From positions 1 to 34,335 of the forward strand of contig JABANN010000376.1 of assembly GCA_013115125.1 (NCBI GenBank): a DNA stretch of 34,335 nt. Reading direction: 5' to 3'. The DNA is from Perkinsus olseni. Its lineage: Eukaryota. Both the position numbers and the translations under genes were made by a program. A model generated the notes under the pieces. The model was not told where the DNA came from and did no database searches. It saw only the letters and a program-made list of their open reading frames with translations. This document shows positions 10,640 through 19,823 of the stretch, in pieces (position 1 is the first letter of the stretch; each line of letters begins with the position of its first letter).

Positions 10640-11293
10640 TTCTGTCCTCACAGACTGCAATTAAAAGAAAACGTCTTGAAAGTCCTCATTGAACTCACTA
10701 CAAGTATATTTTCTTCACAGCTTAAGCTTAGCATTGGGTTTCATCCTTCACCCGCTGGAGACACAAATCGTGCTACGACAGATCTGGACAACGACAACGA
10801 TGCACCACCGTCTTTCTGCCCGCTTCCTCTGGCGGCCGTAACTAACTCACCTTAAATAAGAAAAGAAAGGCGTAGAGAAGCTTGTGACCGTTGGAAAAAT
10901 CAGTGCCTACGCGAGGTCAAATGCGGTGGCGTGAGATAAATATATGCGGCCCTAGCAGAGATCAAGGATTTTTGGGCTAGCGCGAAATTGACTAGCCCAA
11001 CATTTTTCGCGCGCGCCCGAAAAAGAGCACTTGATCTTTTGTATTGTCTACACCAGTCAGTGCTGCATGTAACACTGATCATAGCCGATGAGCGAGTGTG
11101 CAATTGTACGACGAATGCCGGGCGGACTGGCCCGTCTACATAGACCTGCACTCGTCACTGTGGCTTTTACAGTGGGCTCAGTGCCAATTTGAGCCACTCT
11201 GCGCTCAGACCTCGCTAGTAGTTGCTACGCTGAAATAAGCTCAATCTGCCCAGCCTGGGAGAATACGGTTGCAAAGGTTTGTTTCAAATAATA

Positions 11294-13327
11294 ATGTGCA
11301 GCTTCTTGGTGAGTACGTGGCTGGCCCTGAACACCTCCATGGTCAACAAGTATATGCATCGTAGAGGTCCGGACAGCAGCCTTGTGACAATATGGCAAGA
11401 CCAACTTCTTTTCCTTCACAACCTACTGTCTCTCACCGGAGCTTATATGGAGCAGCCAGTGACTTCCGGATCGGTTGCCGCCGTTTTCAATGGTGAGATC
11501 TACAACTACCCCGAACTACATGGAGGAGCTACGACTGATACTGAGAGCCTCATTCCAGCTTATCAGCATGTTGGTGAGCATTTTCCGAGACTTCTGGACG
11601 GAGAGTTCGCCTTGGCTCTGGCCGACTTGGACCGGGCCCGTCTGATCCTTAGCTCTGATGTCTTCGGAACCAAGCCATTGTATTATTCCGCAACACCCGA
11701 AGATGGCGTACATGCCGCCACATACTCGAGCGCACTGAAGTTGATGGGGTTGCCGGAGCGTAGCATTCGAAGAGTACCTCCGAACACCTACCTGGTTATA
11801 TCTCTAGAAACCTACCAAGTCGTCGGCACTCATCAGATCTATGAGTTTGATCTGAGACAGCATAAACGAAACTGCGATGATTGGCTGGCAGCTTTCACGC
11901 GGGCAGTTGCGGTGCGCGTTGGGCATTCAGCAGATCACAGACCCTTCATAGGTCTCTCTTCGGGAGTTGATTCAGGTGCCATATACCTGGCGATGGCTGT
12001 CAGTGGTCTGCCTATACGCGCATACACCATTGCGGGAGAAGAGGATATGGACGTCTTACTTGGACGGTTATCCCATCCTTTCAACAACTCGCTCGAGCGA
12101 GCAGTTGCCATCGAGTTGTCAGTAGACGACTTCGAGAAGGAACGAAAGTTCCTCACTTTGGAAGCCGAGCCGGTTGCATACGAGGGCACCAACAACTGGG
12201 CTGGCGGGAGTATCGCAGAAGACCCTGCAGCGAGCGGCTTCTCCTTCATAGGGCGTCTTGCTAGACAAAACGGCGAGCTCATTTATCTCTCCGGCACAGG
12301 CTCCGACGAGATCATCTCAGATTACGGCTTTAACGGCACCAAGTTCTTCCCTCATAGTACGTTCGGTGGCTTATTTCCCGAAGACTTGCATGATATGTTC
12401 CCTTGGGAATCTGTGTTCCTCGGCACCCAGCGCGACTACCTTATGAAGGAGGAGATTGTCGCTGGTGCTCATGGCATCGAGAGCCGCTACCCATTCCTCG
12501 ATCGCCGAGTGGTGCAAGAGTTTCTGTGGTTGGATGCATCAGCCAAAAATGCAGCATACAAGTCCTGCGTATCAGCCTTCCTCGACCATCACGCCTTTCC
12601 AAAGGAGCATGCTGGGAAACGAGGATTCGCAGCCAGCAAGCACCTACGGATACTCGGTCTGTCTAAAGTGGACCACCCAGCAAACTTGTGCTTGCAACCG
12701 CCAGGCTGCCTGCAGAGCATCGCATGGATGTCTCTGTTAAGCTCAATCACAGTGTATGCACTCAGACCTGAGGTGGGCCGCCATAAAGTTCTTAGCGTCA
12801 TTCAAGATTCCCCTGAACTTCTTCACGACAATATACCCTCTTGTCTCGTTGGCCAACTAGCTCTGTACTACTACTTGCATCAAGAAGGCTCTCTACGCAT
12901 CGATATTACACAGATCGAGCATGCAGTGGTTCAGGATATTAGCTGGGCCAGGGCAGTCAACTGTGGATGGCCAATTTTTCAGCTACTATCGTCTGGCGGG
13001 TCTAATGTTACCTACGAGGAACACGATCTGATAGACTCATTGCTGACCCTAAAGAACTCCCGCTCGAAGGCGCAGACGGTTGTGTCAATGTTGCAAGTCG
13101 CGTCCAAGGTTCGGTTTGGCGGAATCGAAGATCTGCTGCGCTGGGCACAGAAACACCATTCCGCCGTAGGAGAGCGAGCCGACAACGAGGTTGTCTTTCG
13201 CGAGTTAGCGCTGTTGAGTCGTGACAATATGCGTGCTAACTATGGTGACATATTTCTTCTCCGATCTCTTTGCATCGACGTGTGTCGTGTTAAGTCTAAG
13301 AATTACTTTCACGCAATCAGCTCGTAG
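11294..13327 (+). CDS. Asparagine synthetase B-like glutamine amidotransferase (Ntn-GATase plus ATP-pyrophosphatase synthetase domain) with a ~220-aa unassigned C-terminal extension; intronless, 677 aa
   Basis: The ATG at 11294 gives Met-Cys (Ntn nucleophile). Motifs RRGPD, FNGEIYN, TDTE, LDGEFA, DVFGTKPLYY, PP-loop LSSGVDS, LSGTGSDEI and ESRYPFLD. Confidence 0.88.
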   Translation: MCSFLVSTWLALNTSMVNKYMHRRGPDSSLVTIWQDQLLFLHNLLSLTGAYMEQPVTSGSVAAVFNGEIYNYPELHGGATTDTESLIPAYQHVGEHFPRLLDGEFALALADLDRARLILSSDVFGTKPLYYSATPEDGVHAATYSSALKLMGLPERSIRRVPPNTYLVISLETYQVVGTHQIYEFDLRQHKRNCDDWLAAFTRAVAVRVGHSADHRPFIGLSSGVDSGAIYLAMAVSGLPIRAYTIAGEEDMDVLLGRLSHPFNNSLERAVAIELSVDDFEKERKFLTLEAEPVAYEGTNNWAGGSIAEDPAASGFSFIGRLARQNGELIYLSGTGSDEIISDYGFNGTKFFPHSTFGGLFPEDLHDMFPWESVFLGTQRDYLMKEEIVAGAHGIESRYPFLDRRVVQEFLWLDASAKNAAYKSCVSAFLDHHAFPKEHAGKRGFAASKHLRILGLSKVDHPANLCLQPPGCLQSIAWMSLLSSITVYALRPEVGRHKVLSVIQDSPELLHDNIPSCLVGQLALYYYLHQEGSLRIDITQIEHAVVQDISWARAVNCGWPIFQLLSSGGSNVTYEEHDLIDSLLTLKNSRSKAQTVVSMLQVASKVRFGGIEDLLRWAQKHHSAVGERADNEVVFRELALLSRDNMRANYGDIFLLRSLCIDVCRVKSKNYFHAISS

Positions 13328-13350
13328 GTTAGTGGAAACATATCGATAAG

Positions 13351-15251
13351 TCATACTACGCCAGTGACACGCAGTTTATACACACCAACAACAGGAGAAT
13401 GATCGCTCGTGTCCACTTCGGGAACTGATCGATACTCCTCTGGTATCAGGGCTTGAGGGAACGACGCTGAAACACGAAGAATGTGGATGCGACAAGTGAA
13501 GAGGAAAAGCAGCAAACTGATCGAAATCACTTTTTCGGAAGCTCGGGCCTTAGCGCGGATGGCCTACCTCGGCATAGAATACGGTCACACCAACTGGGTA
13601 CACGCTTAGCTGAATATTGCTGACCTTCTGTGCCGGAAATCGTCTTGTAGGTTGGCTTAAAGCTAAGCGGCGGCTCCCAAAGGGTGCAGCACTGCGGCAC
13701 CTGACTCGAGGCGGAGAAGCGATCGAGATACACGCGAGCAATATTCTCCCCGCAGTGAGGCTCCAAGTTACGAAAGACCCATGTTGACGCGAGGCTATAC
13801 GCTCCCCAAAAACGAGGATCCCTGGTCACACCGCATGCCGGCTCACTCGTGATCCGCATACGAGCTCGTCAGTGGTCTCGTCGAAGGCGACCTCCGAACG
13901 GGCGTTCCAGTCGCCGAAAGCAAACATCACAGTCGATTCGAAACAGTGCATTGAATTCAGTCTGATGTTATCGAGGATTCTGTAGTATCTGAAAGTCATC
14001 AGAGGGTACAGCACGAGGCCGCCGCCCCGCCTCGAACGCTGCCGCCAGGCTGATGGACGAAGACGTACTGTCGGCGCCGCATTTCAGCTCCTCCTTCACC
14101 AGCGGACAGATGTACCGCAATCGCAACCAAAGAGGTGTCTCCCACATCGACACGCATCCCAGCGGCTCCTTTGTTTCCAGTGTAACCAAAGGTACCAGTT
14201 TTGCAAATAGCCTTGTCAACATATTCGATGTACCGGTGAACGTCCTTGCTAACGAAGCAAGCCAGCAAGATTCCAACAAGCTCAACGTAACCGACCAGAG
14301 TGTAGTTCAGTAGAGCACTGTCCCAAATACTAAGCCATCTGTATGTGTTATGGTTGTCCTTCCACAACACGTTCACAGGCTTCAACTCTATTGTCTCCTG
14401 GAGACTGATAAAAACTATGTCCGTGCCATCGGGTGGGTTCAGCGCCGCCGGAATCTTCTTGGGAACTTTTTGAGCGGCAACGTTCCACGTGAGCACCCAA
14501 ACTTTAAGTTCTCTCCCAGGCTTCCTGCTCGTGGCCGTTCTTGCCAGCATCTCCTCCGAAGCACGAGTGGTAATACCACCGAGCTCATTGAAGTCTATAC
14601 GAACGTCGCCATCGTTCAGCATATCTCCTCCACTAGACAAACATACCGGCTCACCGTACCTCCAAAGCCAATCAAATCGGAAGCTGTAGCGAGGCCCTGT
14701 ATACGATACACGTGCGCTGTCTGCTATGCTCTGAGCACGAAGTAACGCATTCTTGAATGGACTGGCATCGACAGATGATGCATAGAGATAGATCTCGAGC
14801 CACTCTTTCTCAGGTTCTCGGGAAGTTCTGGTAGACCAGTAAATATACAGGCCCGCCGCGTCGTAAGTGACCGAAACATTATGAGCCAGGGGGATGCATT
14901 TTGATGCTGTAGGGCCACCTACGACGGATGCCTCCTCGAAATTGTAGACTAGTAGCGCAGCTTCCTCTGGGCGCGCTCGGGAACAAATCAACAGCAACCC
15001 TGATCTTGAGTACGCGTTGGTATCTGAGCTTTTCACTTCAGCGATAGTTGCACTGAGTAAGCGTTCATTTTTTTGCACCTGGAAGTAAGATGACCAAAAG
15101 GGCTTGAACCGCCGAGCGTCACCTCTGACTCAGCCAGGGGCATCAAATACACTTCACGCCCCTCTGGCGACGTCGTCGAAAACGAAGACATGCGGGTGTC
15201 AGTTGGCGTTGGAGATGAGGTAGCGGGTGAGGTTGGGGGAAGTGGCTCCAT
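13351..15251 (-). CDS. Inositol polyphosphate 5-phosphatase (OCRL/INPP5B-like, possible N-terminal PH-like region), multi-exon
   Basis: Motifs TWNV, DIVFISLQE, KTG...GNKGA, HLSAG, FAFGDWNAR, FKPTYK and RVPSWCDRIL; the last exon carries SDHSPV with a stop at 13351. The first intron at 15079-15122 (gtgacg...ttccag) keeps frame. The start at 15251 is the most plausible ATG but is not certain. Confidence 0.9.
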
Positions 15252-16488
15252 TGATAAGCCATCGACATAGTCAGGGCATGGGTGCATCTGCTGAGAACAT
15301 CCACCCTCCGATTGTACCCAACACGAGCTCACGGGAAAGTTGAAACAAATGACATGTCTATTTCGGCTCTCGAGCCTCCGGCACACTACAAGCCTTGGAA
15401 AGCATGCGCGGCACGGAGCACCTCTGCGGAGGTTCGGAGGAGGACTTAGTCTTCAGGACTCGTGTTAACGGTCGAGGTGCCGTCGCTCCCCTCCATCCTA
15501 TCCACTGTGGACTCAATAAATCTCTTCAACTCCTCAACATCCGACTGCGCGCAAACTTTCATGCGTGTGGAAGAGAGTCGCCATAGCGCTGATGATTAGC
15601 TCATCTAAGAGAACTTAATGTGAGTTGGATGACAATTCGCAACTCTGCGGAAGGTAATTGACCAAGTTCAAGGACATTATCAGATTCCCTTTTTCGCACG
15701 AGTAATGCCCACTTCGCGTAAGCCCAGTAGGATGGGCATGGATCTTGGCATTCTCAAAACGCGGGTCGTTCAGGGCTCATCTCACTTGATGAGCGAATAA
15801 CCCGATAACAACAACTTCCAATTCAAACTTCTCTAAAACCTCACGATTCACGAACCCTCGACTAAACCTAGAGGCCTTCGAGGTTCACTAGGAGCAGGAA
15901 AGGCCTGGGCGAAAATGCCTTGGCAAGCCCTCATGGTAGAAGGGCCGGCCCCGTGTCAGTGGCGCCAGTCGCGTCAGCAGCGCCGAATGAATTGTTACAA
16001 GCCTTAGCAACACAATGAGCAACTCACGATCATAATTGTTCGAACCTTCTAAAGTGGTTTTTCAAGGACTTCGCCGAAGTCACTTCGGTCATATCAAGAG
16101 TTTCAAGTCCAGACGCGTGTGGCTAGAATCTCCAGTACCATGCGTTCGATATGGGTGGAACTTCCACCGTGGAAGTTGCAGACTGCAACGAAGTCAGTTT
16201 CTGACTTGTAGTTCAACCGCAGCAGTTCTAGAAACTAGCCTCGCTTCGACTGCATTCCGCCTGTGCGGCGCTCCATTGAATGGGGGTGAATGGAGTCCTT
16301 TCTGTCTACTTTTTTGTGCGAATATTGCACTATGTGCAAGCGTGCAGCCCGAGGTACTGGCCCTTTGCCGCTGTAGTCAGAACTGGACTTAAAGGTCCAT
16401 CTCACGCGTAGTTTGACCGCCTGGAAGATCGCGTGATATTGTTACCTCCGCTATTGGTACTCAGTTCGGGTCATTCTAGCGATTTTGC

Positions 16489-18477
16489 ATGAGAGTCACT
16501 CGACCCCCTCTCCCCCTTTTGTTGTCTCTTGCCGTCGCTTTCCAGCCGGTACAGATCGCCAACGGTCCTATTTCAGGGGTGGTGGTAAAGAAGGATACCA
16601 CATTACAGCAGCCTATCATGCAGGATGTGGAGATCTTCTTTGGAATCCGATATGCCGAACCTCCCGTCGAAGGATTGCGATTTCGGCCTCCACAGACATA
16701 CACCTCCGGTGACTGGAATTCTACCCGGCCTATGGTTACACCTGGGAGTGCCTGCTTTCATGTTAACTCAGGCGTTGAAGGTGGTACTGGTCCTACAAGT
16801 GGTGAAGAGGATTGCCTCTTCCTCAACGTTTACCGGCCATCTACTGTAGAGAATAGCACGTCGAAACTCCCAGTCATGTTCTGGATCTATGGCGGTGGCT
16901 ACGTTAATGGCGACGCATCGTCAGTCAGTGGTACAGCATTGGCGGCAACGCATGATGTTATTGTTGTCACGGTGAACTACAGGCTGGGCCACTTGGGGTT
17001 CTTCGGTTCCCAGAGCTCTCTTTCACAAGAAGGCACAACTGGCAATTGGGGGACCTTGGATACTCAGCTAGGTCTGAAGTGGGTCCAACAGAACATCGAG
17101 GCCTTTGGTGGGGATAAGAACAGAGTCATGTTGTTCGGAGAGTCTGCCGGGGCGTTTACTGTTATGTGGCACATCGCAGCCCCGGGAAGTAAAGGCCTCT
17201 TCCACTCGGCCATTATGCAGTCTGGAACGACTTCGACTCCGTTGTTCTTCCAAAATCAGGCAGATGCTTTCAGATATTACGACTGGGTAGCGACCGAACT
17301 TGCAGGCTGTAGGGATGCCGATGATCTCGACTGCCTACGACGAGTTAATCCACAGAAGTTGTCCTTACCGGACGGCATTCGTGTGGATGCAGCCCGTGCG
17401 CCAACTTGGGGATCGCCATTATTTCCCAATATGCCTGTAGGCCCTATTGTAGACGGCACGGCCCTCCCCGATATCCCGCTCCGGGTGGTTGAGAATGGTA
17501 ACCATAATGATGTACCACTTATCATAGGCCTAAACAAGAACGAAGGGTCGTTGTTCGCCTTCATAATACCGGATATGATTCCGGATCTCGAAGTGCCACT
17601 GACAGAGCAGGACGTTCGCAAAGCCGTCAACTACTTCTTGCAGAACGAGACTGCTTCGCAGGGGTTGGAGAAGCTCTATTCTTTTGGGAGATACTCTTCT
17701 GTCTACGGCCCCGACAACGGTCCATTCGAGCAAGTCGCTTATCAAATAAGGGACGCTTTCTTCCACTGCTCCGGCCGACGCCTCGCCGATGCACTCAGGA
17801 GTAAGGCGAGGTCCCCCTCCTGGATGTACTCCTTTGACAAGTCAGACCTCTTCGGGGCTTTGAGTGAGCTCAAGCTCGGAGCATTCGTTGCGGCCTACGG
17901 GAATGTGACTCTGGATGAGCTGGGCACTTTCCACTCCGCAGAACTTCCCTTTGTATTCAAGAAGTTCGGTGAAGGTCCAGCCAACTTGTCACCCTCGGTC
18001 TCGTCAATAGTCTCGCTGTATATGGCGCATCCTCCTCGCCAGCCTGGTGACGCCTTCCATCGCATTAGCGATGCCTTCTCCTGCATGTGGTCTCATATGG
18101 CCTCCCACGGAAGTCCGACGAGTCCACAGCAACACTGCCCGGGGTTACCTGATGGAGGTATCCCTCCGTGGTTGCCTTACAACTCGAGCCTCGATGGCTC
18201 CCAGGCTCAGGGTGTCTACATGCACATCGGCGATAAGTTGAGCATGCGGCCTTGGAGATCCAACAACGTCTACCCCGATAATGAGATGCCGTCTATTGAA
18301 CAATGTCAGTGGTGGGATGAGCACCCCGTGGGGTTCCATGACCTTCGGGCTGATATTCCAATAACAACGACACCTCCCCCAACTCCCACCAGACCCGTAT
18401 CGTCAGCTCGTTGCTGGGCTGCAGGGAACGTCATTTTGATCTTGATATCGTTTGTTGTCTTGTCGCTGCTGGCATAA
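16489..18477 (+). CDS. Type-B carboxylesterase/cholinesterase-family hydrolase, secreted and probably GPI-anchored; intronless, 662 aa
   Basis: N-terminal signal peptide; motifs FFGIRYAEPP, EDCLFLNVY, oxyanion GGG, NYRLG, nucleophile GESAG, acid NKNEG and His FHSAELPFVF; T/P-rich stalk and hydrophobic C-terminal tail. Confidence 0.93.
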   Translation: MRVTRPPLPLLLSLAVAFQPVQIANGPISGVVVKKDTTLQQPIMQDVEIFFGIRYAEPPVEGLRFRPPQTYTSGDWNSTRPMVTPGSACFHVNSGVEGGTGPTSGEEDCLFLNVYRPSTVENSTSKLPVMFWIYGGGYVNGDASSVSGTALAATHDVIVVTVNYRLGHLGFFGSQSSLSQEGTTGNWGTLDTQLGLKWVQQNIEAFGGDKNRVMLFGESAGAFTVMWHIAAPGSKGLFHSAIMQSGTTSTPLFFQNQADAFRYYDWVATELAGCRDADDLDCLRRVNPQKLSLPDGIRVDAARAPTWGSPLFPNMPVGPIVDGTALPDIPLRVVENGNHNDVPLIIGLNKNEGSLFAFIIPDMIPDLEVPLTEQDVRKAVNYFLQNETASQGLEKLYSFGRYSSVYGPDNGPFEQVAYQIRDAFFHCSGRRLADALRSKARSPSWMYSFDKSDLFGALSELKLGAFVAAYGNVTLDELGTFHSAELPFVFKKFGEGPANLSPSVSSIVSLYMAHPPRQPGDAFHRISDAFSCMWSHMASHGSPTSPQQHCPGLPDGGIPPWLPYNSSLDGSQAQGVYMHIGDKLSMRPWRSNNVYPDNEMPSIEQCQWWDEHPVGFHDLRADIPITTTPPPTPTRPVSSARCWAAGNVILILISFVVLSLLA

Positions 18478-18504
18478 GATGAGTATATAATTGCTCAGAT
18501 TCAT

Positions 18505-18562
18505 TGTCTTTTGAAAAGACATGTTCAGTCGAGAAAAGACTCTTTTCTCGACTGAACATGTC
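18505..18562. repeat. Perfect 45-bp palindrome (22-bp arms) overlapping a smaller 17-bp palindrome
   Basis: gacatgttcagtcgagaaaaga-c-tcttttctcgactgaacatgtc (18518-18562) and tgtctttt-g-aaaagaca (18505-18521). Confidence 0.95.
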
Positions 18563-19823
18563 GGGATCCACTCATTCTTTTAGTGAGCTCAGCTTCTAGG
18601 AGAGTGCTGTTCTAGTTCTGCAAGTGCATACTACTGCTGCGCCACACTACAAACCCTGTATACAGCCATATAAACCCTATACGTATGTAGCTAGCTTACA
18701 GCTGGGGTCACGGATATTTTCACACGGTGTCAGGGGCCTCAAGGATAGGGGCTCAAACTTTCTCTCGCCTCCCAGAGCTGGTTTCGTTTTGTTGGTGATT
18801 CCCGCGGCGCACAGATCACGGAGAAAGTTACCTAGTGAATACGCTGGGGCAGGCAATGTGCACTGCACAATGGTATCTTCTCCGAGAACGCTCCTCGCTG
18901 CTGATTGATGTCAACGGCGCCCGACGCGGATTCCACCGAGACAATGGCTTGTGTCATTACAATTACGCTAATGATCTGATGCAAGCCACCTTCCGCGGAT
19001 CACCCCTTGGTGAGATTCCTTCTTGTCTGGCGGTCCGCCCGTGGCGAGTGTGTCTGTACATGCATGTGTCTCAGTCGTTGCCAGAGCGGAGCTGCCTCGA
19101 TTGCAGCTCCCTGCCTAGCTACACCAGGCCGACTCGACCTGGCCGAATCTTGGTTATCAATCCTCACTGTATTGCGTCACGAGGCGCAAGAAGTTCCCTA
19201 CTGGACGATAAGGACAAGAGCGAGCTCAAAAACAACCTGGTTCCATCTCTGAGTGATCTGGTCGATGCAACTCCTTATAAGGTGAGCCTAGCTGCTCCCC
19301 TGACAACTTATTACCTGCCCCATATCAATCTGAGAGCCCAAGCGTCTCATCCAAGAGACGAAGCTTGGTAGGATCCCAACCTGAAAAAAAAGCTACGTCA
19401 TTCTGAGCTCCAAGGTCGAGCTATGCTGGCTCACCTCCCCTCCAAGAAGGGCTCCTCGAGTCGAGGACCTCGACACAGCAACAACCGCTTCAGTTGTAGG
19501 AGCTCCGCGAGGACCCGTTCAAAGCCAACGTTCAGTATGGCATACTAATCGCAACAACCAAACGTCGCAGCACATTGGGAAGCAATTCACTGAGTTCTAC
19601 CTGATATTAGCGAGGCTTCTGTAGCACCTGGCCCGGGTTGGCCGGACACGCGGCACTTCGCCGCGGACTCGGACGGAATGCGTCGTCGGCATAGTAGGAT
19701 AACGGTCGCATAAGATTCACCTTATACCGGCTGAATGCATCGAACTCGGTATCACAGAAGAAGGTGGAAACACAACGTATTATACAACAACTATCATCGG
19801 GAACCAATAATACGATATAGTGG

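Noticed and set aside
10300-11290. TPP riboswitch upstream of the TPP-dependent PNO
   Set aside because: The conserved TPP aptamer motifs were not found on either strand by eye.
15445-15562. Short minus-strand ORF MKVCAQSDVEELKRFIESTVDRMEG...
   Set aside because: It is only 38 aa, and no upstream exons or family could be supported.
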